Source of the DNA: Polyangiaceae bacterium | GTDB taxonomy: Bacteria; Myxococcota_A; Polyangia; Polyangiales; Polyangiaceae | Assembly (NCBI GenBank): GCA_965222375.1 | Contig: CBDCTZ010000016.1 | Location: 1,536,001 to 1,600,000 of the forward strand | Direction of reading: 5' to 3' | DNA: 64,000 nt | Shown here: positions 51,074 to 61,481 of the stretch, piece by piece | Numbering within the stretch: position 1 is the first letter of the stretch | Layout: every line of letters begins with the position of its first letter | Made by a program: the position numbers and the translations under genes | The notes under the pieces: model-generated | Database searches by the model: none | Told to the model about the DNA's origin: nothing | Seen by the model: the letters and a program-made list of their open reading frames with translations, nothing else

Positions 51074-52374
51074 GACGGGTTGTCCTTGTCTGGAAGCCAC
51101 GCCATGTCCGCATGGTTACACCAACCGCCCTCGGGAATGCGCAGCAAGTGTTCGGTCACACCACCGCGGTCGAAGGTATTGCCCATGAATAGGATCCCCG
51201 ATCGTTGGAGGTAGGCCGAATTGCCACCGCCAAGCTTCAGGGCGGGGTTACTGCTGCGCGCGTCGACGCATTCCACGTCAACTAGCGCCAGGTTCGAGGT
51301 CCCTTTCATGCTGGAAGCGCAGATCTTAGTCTTGGTGACGCGGACGCGATAGATCAGCGTGTTGCTGCCGACGCCGAACGCCGTGTCGTTATTGTATGGA
51401 TCGGTGCCCTCGAACTCGAGGTCGCTGACACGCCAATCCACGTTGGTGCGAATGATCTGTGGGTAGTTCGCGGTCGACGCGCTCTTGATCAAAGGCGCTG
51501 GCCCGGTGCCGAAGGCACCGAGATGCCCCGGCCCGGAGGCATTCATGCCCAATTGATTGGTTGAGGTCCATGTTTCGCCGCGGGCGAGGAGGATGCGCCG
51601 GGCCCCGGAACCGATCTGCGCGCTGACGGCGCCGTTGAACGACGCGCTGCTGGCTGGCTGTACCTGCTGGGCGCCGCTCGGGCACCCAGTGAAGTTGCCG
51701 CTCTTGCTCAGGCACACCGTCTTCCCTTGAAACACCGTATTTGGATCGTCGACGGTCACCTTTGTTGTCGCCGTCCCGCACTCCGTGCCGCGCCACGCGG
51801 TAAGCGTCACCGTGTAGGTCCCCGGCTGCTCGTAGACGTGCCCGGAAATCGGTCCACCTTCCTCACAGCCGACAGGCTTTCCGCTGTGTGGCCAGGTGGG
51901 ACCGGTGGTGCAATCTTGGTCGCCGAAGTCGAACTCGTAGTGCATCCCGCGCAGCGTGTTCACGGCCGAGTTGGTGTGCGTCGTTGCCAGGCCATCGAAG
52001 CGAACCGCGAGGGGAGCAACACCGCTCTGGCGGTGCGCCGCGAGTTTGGCGTTGATCGCTGCGCTTGGGGTTTTGCAGGTATTGGTGACAATTCCCGGGT
52101 TTCCACCTGTCGCACCGCTACCGGCAGAGCCCCCGCTCCCGCCGACCGCACTGCCGGCGCTGCCACCTCCCGCGCCTCCAGCAGCACCGCCGGCTCCAGC
52201 ACCGCCGGTTCCAGCACCGCCGCCGCCAGCACCGCTGGACGCCGCCCCGCCACCGACCCCGGCCGCAGCACCCGACCCTCCGGGGTCGTCGCCGCCGTCA
52301 CTCCCGCCGCACGCGGTCATGAAGCCCGCGATCAGTCCCACGCCCACCAATGAAAAAGTAGCCCTGCCGTTCAT
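51001..52374 (-). CDS. PKD-domain lipoprotein (3' end probably truncated near 51120)
   Basis: MTAC, Gly linker, SGVAPLAVRFD, YEFDFGD, HVYEQPGTYTVTL; tail overlaps the MerB-like ORF. Confidence 0.7.
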   Translation of the reverse strand: MNGRATFSLVGVGLIAGFMTACGGSDGGDDPGGSGAAAGVGGGAASSGAGGGGAGTGGAGAGGAAGGAGGGSAGSAVGGSGGSAGSGATGGNPGIVTNTCKTPSAAINAKLAAHRQSGVAPLAVRFDGLATTHTNSAVNTLRGMHYEFDFGDQDCTTGPTWPHSGKPVGCEEGGPISGHVYEQPGTYTVTLTAWRGTECGTATTKVTVDDPNTVFQGKTVCLSKSGNFTGCPSGAQQVQPASSASFNGAVSAQIGSGARRILLARGETWTSTNQLGMNASGPGHLGAFGTGPAPLIKSASTANYPQIIRTNVDWRVSDLEFEGTDPYNNDTAFGVGSNTLIYRVRVTKTKICASSMKGTSNLALVDVECVDARSSNPALKLGGGNSAYLQRSGILFMGNTFDRGGVTEHLLRIPEGGWCNHADMAWLPDKDNPSWKPYCSDTNVACYRFRKHCSEPP

Positions 52375-52613
52375 ACAGCCAGTGACTGCAATGAACGGAC
52401 CACCGGCTCTGGCCTTCCCGTTTGGCGACCTCGCGGGAATTTGAAGCCCTTCCGAACTCCAAGTGTTCCAAATCGGAACGGAGAACGTTCTGTGTGCCCG
52501 AGCTCTCGGTCGCTTGGCTTGGCGTCGGTGATTCCAGTCGCGGTCTGCTCCACCCTCTCGCAGGTGTCGCCCCTGACCGCTTCACGCGCCCGGACCGCGC
52601 GATGGCTAGTGCA

Positions 52614-52922
52614 CTAGGTCAGCGCGACAAACAGGCTGCCGATGAAATAGGCGAATCCGGCGGCGCCGGAGCAGACGATGAAGAGGGCGAAGCCCACGAG
52701 GGCCCAGACGCCCTTGCCGCGGGTTTGGTAGAAGTAATACGGCAGCGCGGCGATGTTGCAGAGGAAGGTCAGCAGCACCAGGACGCCGAAGCCGGGTTCT
52801 TGGGCGGTGAAGGACGCCACGGCCGTGGTGGAGTTCTTGCGAATCGCCTTGTCGATGAAGATGATCGCTAGTGTGCCGCCGAAGAGCACGACCAATTGCA
52901 GCAACCCCGGAAGCCACGCCAT
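52614..52922 (-). CDS. Small membrane protein
   Basis: 102 aa, three hydrophobic helices. Confidence 0.6.
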   Translation of the reverse strand: MAWLPGLLQLVVLFGGTLAIIFIDKAIRKNSTTAVASFTAQEPGFGVLVLLTFLCNIAALPYYFYQTRGKGVWALVGFALFIVCSGAAGFAYFIGSLFVALT

Positions 52923-53051
52923 GTCCGAAGACTACACGAGCTGGCTCGAGAGGTGCTGCCAGAAAACCGCTGCCGGTGCGTGCGGGTGGTTGGGTGTGGT
53001 AGGTGTGAGGCTTTCGCGCGTCCGATTGGGCTTTTGGCGCTGGTGTTTGTA

Positions 53052-53161
53052 TCTATTCACCCAATGTAAGGGCCCGTTCTAGCCGCAGCAAGCAGGCCGT
53101 TCGGCAGCTCGCATGGGGTCTGTTCTATGCACCCAATGTAAGGGCCCGTTCTAGCCGCAGC
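53052..53161 (+). repeat. Two direct repeats of 38 bp (1 mismatch) separated by 34 bp
   Basis: TCTAT(T/G)CACCCAATGTAAGGGCCCGTTCTAGCCGCAGC at 53052-53089 and 53124-53161. Confidence 0.9.
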
Positions 53162-53760
53162 GGCATGCTCATGACAGCCTGCCCGAAACGCTCGTGCGCG
53201 GAGCCGTCTACTTCGTCGCCGCGGGTAGTTACGAAGACTACACCTTCGATGACGCGCTGGGCGAACGGATCACCGTGCGCAAGGCGACTGCTTCCGATCA
53301 CGGGACGGAGACTGGATGGTCGCCTGCCTACGCTGATGGGGCCGCTGTCTGGTCCGGATGGACGGTGAGTATGAGCGACTTGCTCATCGATGGTGCTGTC
53401 GGTGGCGGCCCCGGCTCCTGGCGCTCGGGCCACGGCTTTGAAGTCATCCGCGACATCCCCAAGTCGTGCTCGGGTGGCGTCGCGCTGCTCCGGTTCACCG
53501 GCGATGTCGAACGCGTCACGATCCGCCACGCGCGGCTGTACGCGCCGAGTAACGATTATCCGGTGCGCGGCCTCGACGCAACCACTGGCACCGGACACAA
53601 GATTACGCTGTCTCACGTCGCCATGCACACGCTCTTCACTCAGGCGATCTACTTCCGCGAGTGGTCGGACTCGGTTATCGAGTATTCGTACGTCGCGGAT
53701 GTCCGGTCGACTGGAGCAGGAGATGCGTTCTGCGACCACCTGCACGGTGAAGGCGTTGCC
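53162..53760 (+). pseudogene. Internal fragment of a beta-helix-like secreted protein
   Basis: DSLPETLVRGAVYFVAAGSY...ITVRKATASDHGTETGW; no signal peptide or convincing start; degenerates after HLHGEG. Confidence 0.5.
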
Positions 53761-54736
53761 ACGTTGCCCGGGGGCCGACCCAATAGAAGATCGCTCCGAT
53801 CATGCCGCCACCGCTGCTCTCGGCCTTCTTGGCGGCCACCTTCACGTGCCCCTGGTGGGCGAGCTGGAAGCTCTGCGGGCATAGCGCCATCTCGGGGTGC
53901 GCGTTGATGATCTTTTCCATCATGGCGCGCCCCGCGAAGCCCTCCCGGCCCATCCGATCCCGCAACGCTTGGACTGCGGCGTCGTGTTGGCCCATGCGCT
54001 CCAGAGCGTTGGCGCGCAATACGGCGCTCGTCGGGTCCCAGGCGTCGGCGAAGGGATAGGCCTCGTCCTGCGGCCCCAGCATGTGGAGCACCTTTTGGAA
54101 GTCTCCGCGCACCGTGGCCACGAAGGCGTGCGCAATTCGATACGAGGAATCCGCTTCGATGTCGTCCGAGCGCGGGTCGCAGGGTTCGAGCCACTTGTCC
54201 GCCGACGACAGATCACGCTCCTTTGCAGATGCCGTGGCGAGCATGCAGCGAATGACCTGGATGTGCCGCGGCAAGAAGACCGTTTCGAGGGTCGTCTCGA
54301 GTAGCGCGCGGCGGCGCGCGTCGTCCTTCGTCGTCGTCAGATGCGTGTTGAGCATCAAGCTGAGGAAGTACAAGCGCTCCGCGGCCTCGGCGCTGTGGGT
54401 CGCGACCACCTCTTTGCGCGTGGCCTGGTAGACGTGGAAGGCCTCGTTGATCTTCGCGTCGGCCAGGCCGGCAGGGCCCATCAAGGACTGCAGGGACGCC
54501 GGCGGCACCATCGGTTTTCCGTCCTGCATGCGGAGCCGGCGCAGTCGTTCGTTTTCGTCCACCGGGAGCGACTTCGCGGGGGTCGCGAAGCCCTCCGGGT
54601 TGCGGCGCAGGACGTGGTTTTGGACCCGGCAGTAGCTGCAGGCTACCACGCCGCCATCGGCGCCCACTTCCAGGGGCGCGCCGCAGGACTCGCACAAGAG
54701 AATGCGGACTTCGGTGGTGTAGTTGTTGCGCGGCAC
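53675..54736 (-). CDS. Zn-ribbon / TPR-like protein (3' end probably truncated near 53765)
   Basis: CESCGAPL...CSYC, then a helical region; breaks at the start of a TM segment. Confidence 0.6.
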   Translation of the reverse strand: MPRNNYTTEVRILLCESCGAPLEVGADGGVVACSYCRVQNHVLRRNPEGFATPAKSLPVDENERLRRLRMQDGKPMVPPASLQSLMGPAGLADAKINEAFHVYQATRKEVVATHSAEAAERLYFLSLMLNTHLTTTKDDARRRALLETTLETVFLPRHIQVIRCMLATASAKERDLSSADKWLEPCDPRSDDIEADSSYRIAHAFVATVRGDFQKVLHMLGPQDEAYPFADAWDPTSAVLRANALERMGQHDAAVQALRDRMGREGFAGRAMMEKIINAHPEMALCPQSFQLAHQGHVKVAAKKAESSGGGMIGAIFYWVGPRATWQRLHRAGGRRTHLLLQSTGHPRRTNTR

Positions 54737-54945
54737 GTCGCCACGCAGACTACCCTGCTCACGAAGCGATTCCCACTCTGCAAACGCGCTTAGCGCGGCG
54801 CGAGATTGAGTGCTGGGTTCGGTGGGACAGTCTTCGGTCCCGTGCCGGGGGGAGCCGCGTTGCCCAGGGCGAGGTGCCGATGACGCGCAGAACCGACACA
54901 TTCAAACCAAAAAAGTCAGGTGAGGGGCAGGCCCGAGCGTCGATG

Positions 54946-55617
54946 CTAACTCGCGGCTGGCGGTTCAACGTTGAAGTCCACGGTTACCGTGGTGGTGACG
55001 CGCTTCTTGTTGGTGACGGCGAGCCCCAAGTCTTCTGCGGACATGCGGGCTCTGCTTGGCGCGAACCCTTCCGGCGCTGCTGGTACCGCGTGGCTGGCCA
55101 GAGGTGCGGTGCCCTCGACGAGGCGATGAACGGAGAGCAGCCGCACGCCAAGTGCCTTGGCGACGGCACTTGCTTTCACTTCGGCTCGCTTGGCCGCTGC
55201 CGCGAGGCGGCGTGCTTCGCCCTCTGCTGACTCGTCGTAGCGCCACACGGTTTGCGTCAGCTGCGCGTTCTTCTGCGCTGCGATTGCACCCACCACGTCG
55301 CCCAAAGTTTCGATGGCCTCGCAGCGGATCTTCAAGGTGTACACCGCCGACGAACTCTTGCTCAGTAGCCCACTGGTCGTGCGCGCCTCGATGCGTTCCA
55401 CGCCGATGGACCTCTCTTCGATTCCGACCTCCGCCAGTGCTGAAACCAGAACAGCTACTTCTCGAGCTTTCTTCAACGCCGCGCTGCCGGTGACCAATGA
55501 AGAACCTTCGACGGTGACCAGCAGATCCGCTTGGTCCGCGTCTACGTCTTCGTTTTCGCTGGCCACGATTCGGATCAGGTCTCGTTCGCAGCGCTCGTGG
55601 TGGGATGTGTGTGCCAT
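54946..55617 (-). CDS. SIMPL (DUF541) domain protein
   Basis: ADQADLLVTV...AAAAKRAEVKASAVAKALGVRL...VTVDF. Confidence 0.7.
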   Translation of the reverse strand: MAHTSHHERCERDLIRIVASENEDVDADQADLLVTVEGSSLVTGSAALKKAREVAVLVSALAEVGIEERSIGVERIEARTTSGLLSKSSSAVYTLKIRCEAIETLGDVVGAIAAQKNAQLTQTVWRYDESAEGEARRLAAAAKRAEVKASAVAKALGVRLLSVHRLVEGTAPLASHAVPAAPEGFAPSRARMSAEDLGLAVTNKKRVTTTVTVDFNVEPPAAS

Positions 55618-55650
55618 GCGCTGAGAGCGTTACACCCGGCCGTTGCTGGC

Positions 55651-56856
55651 CTAGTTACAAATCCCCCCGCTGATGTTGCCTAGTTGGGTGCAAGCTTGCG
55701 TTGCGCCGTTGGCTTTCTCGATCAGTTTTTCGATGCGGCAGTTGACCGGGTCGCTGGCGTTTTTTCCCCAGGTGAACTTCGCACCTTTCGGTTTGGTGCC
55801 GCACCAGGTGCCGCAGCCGGCGTCATCCTTGAATTGATTGGCAAACTCTGTCGGGCATTGATCTTTGTAGAGCGTGCAATAGGCGGCGCAAGCTCCGCCG
55901 CACTGGGGAGATGCTGGGCCCGCGGAGTCGCATAGACCGTTGACGACCTTCGGGATCCGGCACGCGATGGTGTTGGCGGCCTGGTTGAAGGCCCCAGGAG
56001 TGAAGATCGGACAGGCTTTCAAGCAGGTTGCCGCGTTCTTGTACTGGAGCACAGTCGCACCGGAACAACCCTCCATCACCATGGCGCAGTACTGCCCGCA
56101 GTCGACATTCTGGCGACACTGTGCGACCTGGTTGTTCTCGTTGAGGCAGCCACTGTAATATTTTTCCCCGCTGCTCAGGCACGAGGAGCTAGGGCTGCAT
56201 GGGCTGGAGAGCAGCGCCTCGATCTGCCCTTTGCAGGCCGCGTTAGCGCAGGCCTCGGCGCATTCGTAGTAGGGCAGGGTGCCGGGTGTAGGGGCGCTGC
56301 ACGAACTGGCGCAATACTCGCCGCACTTGGACGCGCCCGCCGCGCTGCAGGGCTTTGCCGAGTCGCCGAATGCTTCGGCTGGGATGCAGCCCAAACCATT
56401 GAGTTCGTCTAAATAGCCACACAGTCCGTTCGGCATGCAGCAGCCTGCGAGACCGTGAGTTGACTGAGTGGGGCAGGAACTGTCGGCGGTGCCGGGCGCG
56501 TTCGCCTCCAGGCAGCCGACGCCGTAGGCGGTGACGACGTTGCCGCACACCTTGCCCTTGGTCGGATGATCGTAGCAACACTCCGATAACCCGGCGGGTG
56601 GTGAACACGAGCCACACTGCCCTGTTCCTCCAGTGCCGCTGCTTCCGCTCGCGCCGCCGGCGTTACCTCCGGCACCGGAGCTGCCTCCGGTTGCCCCTGC
56701 GACCCCAGCGGTTCCGCCGCTTCCGCTGCTCGCCCCAACACCGCCGGTGTTTCCGCCAGGCAGTACATCGACCTCGTCGTAGGTCGACACTAGGCAGCTG
56801 GATGCGATCAATCCCGACACCAGGGTCATGCCTCCGAGGAGGTATCGTGCGCGCAT
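55651..56856 (-). CDS. Cys-rich lipoprotein
   Basis: ASSC lipobox, Gly linker, repeated CxxYC modules. Confidence 0.75.
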   Translation of the reverse strand: MRARYLLGGMTLVSGLIASSCLVSTYDEVDVLPGGNTGGVGASSGSGGTAGVAGATGGSSGAGGNAGGASGSSGTGGTGQCGSCSPPAGLSECCYDHPTKGKVCGNVVTAYGVGCLEANAPGTADSSCPTQSTHGLAGCCMPNGLCGYLDELNGLGCIPAEAFGDSAKPCSAAGASKCGEYCASSCSAPTPGTLPYYECAEACANAACKGQIEALLSSPCSPSSSCLSSGEKYYSGCLNENNQVAQCRQNVDCGQYCAMVMEGCSGATVLQYKNAATCLKACPIFTPGAFNQAANTIACRIPKVVNGLCDSAGPASPQCGGACAAYCTLYKDQCPTEFANQFKDDAGCGTWCGTKPKGAKFTWGKNASDPVNCRIEKLIEKANGATQACTQLGNISGGICN

Positions 56857-57887
56857 CAGAAGTGCCCTCCCACAGCAACCGAGCCAAGGCCCACGCTCAC
56901 GCGCGGGGTGTTGCTGCGCTTTGCCGCTGGTTGCGTGTCGCCGGCAGTGAAAATCATCACGAGTCCAGCGCCAACCCCGACGGCGCCGACGGCAAACCCG
57001 ACCGTCGAGATCGTGCGCATGGTATTGAGGCTTTGCAGATCCGAATGCACCGTTGCGTCGCAGACGCCGTCGCGGCAGTGCCCGCTGTCGTCGAGATCGC
57101 TCTTCTTACCCATCGCCAGCACCCCGGTCACGGCGCCGGCCGCTAGCCCGACACCGCCGACGCCAAGGGCAATGTAGGCCAAGGTCGGCGGTCCGCTCGA
57201 GCCCCCAGCGTCAGCTCGAGGCGAGCCCGGGTCAGTTTTCGGTGAGCCCGCTGGCGGGGTTGTTGGCCCGGGTGCGGCCGCGGCCGTTGCGTTGGGATCG
57301 AACTTCAGTTCCACAGTTCGGCTCTTGCTCTCCTCGAGCTTGACCCGGACCTTTTGAACCTGCCCTTTGTAGCGGGCTTCAATGCTGTGACCGCCAGGGT
57401 CCACCGGCTGGCGGATGCCGAGAAGTCCGGAATCCATCGGCGCTCCGTCCATGGTCGCTTGCACTTCCTCAGAGGGCGCACCCACCACTTTGATGGTCAG
57501 GCCGGGAATCTTCGGCATCAAGGCGGCGCGTTCTGTGGCAGCGTCGGCCTGAGCTTGCTTGTGCTTTTCTCGGTTGGATGTCGGCAACGCTGCGCGCGTC
57601 GTTTCCAAGTAACGCTCGGCCGCCAACACGTAGCGTCCCACCTTGACCAGGGCGCGGGCCGACCAGAGCCCGATCACAGGGCCCTTGAGGAGGGCGTAGC
57701 CCTTCTCCAACTTCTTGCTGGCCTCGGCGTACCTGCCTGCTTGGTAGTCCTTGACGCCTTGGAAGCTCACTTCGCGTGCGGCGGATACTTTTGCGGCGTC
57801 GGTTTGGGCCCACGCTGACTCAGACGGCAGTATGCATAGCCCACCAGCCAGCAGAAGGAGCCGGACCGTACGAAGAATACGACTCAT
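56856..57887 (-). CDS. Secreted TPR/PEGA-like protein
   Basis: Signal ending AWAQ, TPR-like helices, VDPGGHSIEA, hydrophobic C-terminal segments; follows a kinase gene. Confidence 0.75.
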   Translation of the reverse strand: MSRILRTVRLLLLAGGLCILPSESAWAQTDAAKVSAAREVSFQGVKDYQAGRYAEASKKLEKGYALLKGPVIGLWSARALVKVGRYVLAAERYLETTRAALPTSNREKHKQAQADAATERAALMPKIPGLTIKVVGAPSEEVQATMDGAPMDSGLLGIRQPVDPGGHSIEARYKGQVQKVRVKLEESKSRTVELKFDPNATAAAAPGPTTPPAGSPKTDPGSPRADAGGSSGPPTLAYIALGVGGVGLAAGAVTGVLAMGKKSDLDDSGHCRDGVCDATVHSDLQSLNTMRTISTVGFAVGAVGVGAGLVMIFTAGDTQPAAKRSNTPRVSVGLGSVAVGGHF

Positions 57888-57933
57888 GTTGGGAGGTTCG
57901 CCCGACTCGGCATGGGATGCAAATTCACGGACT

Positions 57934-59304
57934 CTAGTACATGTCTTCGGCAGAGGTCGGCCCCGACGGCTTCTTGGGTTTATCGGCCGTGGGCTTTGGT
58001 TTTGCCGTCGTGGGTTTGGGGGCCGGCCTGGCTTTCGTGGGCTTGGCTGTGGGCGGCGCAGCGGGCTCCGGAGACGCGACCGCGGCGCTCGGCTCGGCTT
58101 CGGGCACTGCAGCTGCGTCCGGTGACGCAGGACTTTCAGCACTCGGAGCTTCGGCACTGGCCTCAGCGGGAGCCTCGGAGCTGGGCGCCAGTTCGGCGCT
58201 GTTTTCGGGTTCTGTCGATGCCGCCGGGATTGGGCTCGCCGAGGCCCGGAGCGCAAATACGCCCCCGATGGCGAGCCCGGCGAACACCACTAGACCCACC
58301 GCCCCTAAGGCCACGAGAAGGCCCGCCTTGTTGCCCTTTTTGAGGCCAGGAACGGTCTGGGTCACTGGCTGTGCGGTCTGAACCAAAGGGGGCCCCGCCT
58401 GCGCGTCGGGGATCAGGACCACATTGTCCATGGTCGTATTTTCGTCGTAATCACCGGCGGTCGGGCCGCCGCACACCTGGCTGAGCGTCGCCGATGCCTC
58501 CTTGGCGGTCGCGAAGCGCTGGTCCGCATCTCGGTTTACGCAGCGAGCGAACCACTCGTCGAAGCCAGGTGGCACCTGGGCGACCTGCGACGGGATGGGA
58601 AGTGGGCGCACCATGATTCTCATCAGAAGGTCGCCCAAGCCATCGCATTCAAACGGACGTTGCCCGGTGAGGCATTCGAAAGCGATCACCCCCATGGCCC
58701 AAATGTCGGAGCGGCCATCGATCGCACTCCGGCCTTCCGCCTGCTCGGGGCTCATATAATAGGGTGTGCCCATCAGAGCTCCGGTCCGCGTCGTGGCGGC
58801 TACCTCCCCAAGAGGTTGCTGGAATTTCGCGATGCCGAAGTCGAGCACTTTGCAGACCACATCCCCGTCGACGTAGGTCAAGAAGATGTTGTCCGGTTTC
58901 AAATCCCGATGAACGATTCCGGCGGCGTGGCCTTTGCCCACGGCCCGCGACACGTGCCGCATGATGTGAGCGAGGAATTCCGGAGGAATACGGCTGTCGC
59001 GCAGGAGTCGATCGGCCAGGCTCTCGCCATCCATCAGCTCCATCACCATGAAGGGCACGCCTTGTTCCAGGCCGTAGTCCAGGACTTGGACCACGTAGGG
59101 GCTACGCAAGGCGGCGGCCGCTCGGGCCTCCCGAATGAAGCGTTGCTGAACTTCGTCGACCTGCAGCGCCTCGGCCAACACGAGCTTCACAGCCACGTCG
59201 GCGTGCAGAACCAGATGGTGCGCACGCCACACCTCGCCCATCCCTCCGGCGCCTATTCTGGACACCAGCTGGTACTTACCGGCGAGGATTTCCCCTTCCT
59301 TCAT
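57934..59304 (-). CDS. Ser/Thr protein kinase
   Basis: IGAGGMGEVW, HRDLKPDN, DFG, GTPYYMSPE; TM helix and Pro/Ala tail. Confidence 0.92.
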   Translation of the reverse strand: MKEGEILAGKYQLVSRIGAGGMGEVWRAHHLVLHADVAVKLVLAEALQVDEVQQRFIREARAAAALRSPYVVQVLDYGLEQGVPFMVMELMDGESLADRLLRDSRIPPEFLAHIMRHVSRAVGKGHAAGIVHRDLKPDNIFLTYVDGDVVCKVLDFGIAKFQQPLGEVAATTRTGALMGTPYYMSPEQAEGRSAIDGRSDIWAMGVIAFECLTGQRPFECDGLGDLLMRIMVRPLPIPSQVAQVPPGFDEWFARCVNRDADQRFATAKEASATLSQVCGGPTAGDYDENTTMDNVVLIPDAQAGPPLVQTAQPVTQTVPGLKKGNKAGLLVALGAVGLVVFAGLAIGGVFALRASASPIPAASTEPENSAELAPSSEAPAEASAEAPSAESPASPDAAAVPEAEPSAAVASPEPAAPPTAKPTKARPAPKPTTAKPKPTADKPKKPSGPTSAEDMY

Positions 59305-59456
59305 CGTCGGTCAGCTAGCATAACCTCGCCACACCCGGGGCGCCACGCGCTTCCACAGCCGACTACGTATGCAAGCCAACTCGCCGCATGTTATCTTGCG
59401 GTGGGGCCGCCAGAAACGCTTCTGGGGATCGGCCCACTTCGATTAGGAGACGAAAA

Positions 59457-61274
59457 ATGCGCCGACTGGCTCTTGGCAGTGTGGTTTTGACGTTCCTTGT
59501 TTCCGCGGCTTGTTCGGGTAGCGATAGCAGTACCGGCGGCGGGGGTACTTCAACAGGTGGTAGCGCTGGAGCGAGCGGTAGTGCGGGTGCCAGTGGCGGC
59601 AGCGCCGGCGCGAGCGGCGGAGCCGCCGGCGCCACCGGGGGTAGCGCCGGCTCGAGTGGCGGCGCAGCAGGTGCGAGCGGGGGAGCGGCTGGAGCCAGTG
59701 GCGGCAGCGCGGGCGCGAGCGGCGGAGCCGCCGGCGCCGGTGGCTGCACCCAGAAGACCTGGTACCTGGACAGTGACAAAGACACATTTGGCGATCCGAA
59801 TGTCTCGTTACAGGGATGCACGCCGCCTGTGGGTTACGTCGCTGACAACACGGATTGCGACGACGCAGCGAAGACCACGTTCCCGGGTGCTCCCGAGCTC
59901 TGCAACGCCAAGGACGACAACTGCGACAACGCCGATGACGAGACATTTGCCTGCGTGCAAAACGCGCCTCTGACGTGTCAGACATCCTGCGCGAGCACCG
60001 GAACTGGCAACTGCACCGCGTCGTGTGCGGTGCCGACGGGGTCAGCTTGCAACCCGCCGAAGGAAATTTGCAATCGCAAGGATGACGATTGTGACGGAAT
60101 TGGCGACGAGAACCTGCTCGGCATCAAGCCAAGGACCCTCTTGAACAATACGTTCATCGAGCAGTACGGCACGCGTGCCGTGGCCAACACCGATGGGACC
60201 TTCACGGTCGTATATCGGCGCAATGTGGGCAGTAACGTTTTCAACGTCTATGCCCAGAGGGTCAGTTCGACTGGCGCCAAGAGCGGAAGCCCGGTCCCGG
60301 TGGCGGCTGGAGCCAGCTACGGCAACGGGATTTCGGATCTGGACGCTGTACTGGTCGGCAACACCCTGTACGTCGCCTGGGTCTCAGGCGGCAGCGCCAG
60401 TTCTGCGTATCTGGTCGGGCTCAACCCAACGACGTATGCCAAGACGAAGAATGTCCGAGGGTATTCGAGCACGTACACTAAGTCCGGCACTACGCGCGAC
60501 ACCAAATACGTCAAGCTGACCAACCCGGGAACCAAGCTCCACTTGATCATGATGACGCAGCGGAGTGACAACGCTTCGGCGCTCGAGCGCTACGACATCA
60601 CGCCGCCTGCGGGCAGCACTCTGCCCTCAGGCACGAACAAGATCTTCCTCTCGGGTGGCGTGCCTCCGGCCGCCTTTGGCGCCGCCGCGGGCAGCAACGC
60701 TTCCTACATAGCGTTCATGGACAACAACCACACTCTGTCCCTGATCCGCGATGCGGGCGGCACCGTCAACGGCGTGTTCGACTGGAGCATCGCAACGGTC
60801 CCCTCCGGCGGCCGAATTCGTTGGCCATCCGTGGCGGTGACTCCATCCAATGGCATTGGCGTTGCGTACGCCACGTATCCAGTGTCTGGGACCCGTTACG
60901 CTCGGTTCACCTTTTTCACGAGCTTCAATGGCACGGCCAAGACCATGTTGGTGAGTAGCTCACCCCCGTACTACAACTCGAGCACCGGGGAGAACTACGC
61001 GCAACGTACGGATCTCAGCTACTTCGCCCCAGGCAACTACTTCCTGTATGGCTGGAGCCGCGCGGTTAGTAACAACTTCTTGAACGATTTCCCAGATGTG
61101 CGGGCCATTTGGGCTGGAAGCACCCTGACCTTTCAGGATTTCAATCCGGGGATCACGTCTTCCAACGACAACAGTGAGGAGATCACCGTCGCGCAGGGCG
61201 CGACGAGCGCGATCTTGGCCTACGACCACACCGGTGGTGACGATATCAGCTCGAACCTGATTGGCTGCAACTAG
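59457..61274 (+). CDS. Lipoprotein with MopE-related putative metal-binding repeats
   Basis: SAAC; GG(S/A)AGAS tandem linker; WYLDSDKDTFGD, DCDD...PGAPELCNAKDDNCD. Confidence 0.8.
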   Translation: MRRLALGSVVLTFLVSAACSGSDSSTGGGGTSTGGSAGASGSAGASGGSAGASGGAAGATGGSAGSSGGAAGASGGAAGASGGSAGASGGAAGAGGCTQKTWYLDSDKDTFGDPNVSLQGCTPPVGYVADNTDCDDAAKTTFPGAPELCNAKDDNCDNADDETFACVQNAPLTCQTSCASTGTGNCTASCAVPTGSACNPPKEICNRKDDDCDGIGDENLLGIKPRTLLNNTFIEQYGTRAVANTDGTFTVVYRRNVGSNVFNVYAQRVSSTGAKSGSPVPVAAGASYGNGISDLDAVLVGNTLYVAWVSGGSASSAYLVGLNPTTYAKTKNVRGYSSTYTKSGTTRDTKYVKLTNPGTKLHLIMMTQRSDNASALERYDITPPAGSTLPSGTNKIFLSGGVPPAAFGAAAGSNASYIAFMDNNHTLSLIRDAGGTVNGVFDWSIATVPSGGRIRWPSVAVTPSNGIGVAYATYPVSGTRYARFTFFTSFNGTAKTMLVSSSPPYYNSSTGENYAQRTDLSYFAPGNYFLYGWSRAVSNNFLNDFPDVRAIWAGSTLTFQDFNPGITSSNDNSEEITVAQGATSAILAYDHTGGDDISSNLIGCN

Positions 61275-61481
61275 CCAACAGGTTCGAGAACCGACGCGAT
61301 GGAATCGACGACATCTCCTTCGTGGGGCTGTCTGCCAACGGTGCGCGAAGGCGAGCCCGGGTTCGCTGAACACGCTGATCACGATCCGCCAGCGCCCCGA
61401 AAGCCGCGGCTGTCTGGACGGCCATCGAGCAGCGCAGCTTTGCGTACTATCTTTGACATCGGCGCGTGTCGATCCGGGAGT

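Noticed and set aside
53052..53161. Calling a CRISPR array
   Set aside because: Only two repeats and no cas genes; kept as an unexplained repeat.
59540..59745. Tandem ~21-bp repeats
   Set aside because: They encode the GG(S/A)AGAS linker of a lipoprotein; similar Gly linkers occur throughout the window.
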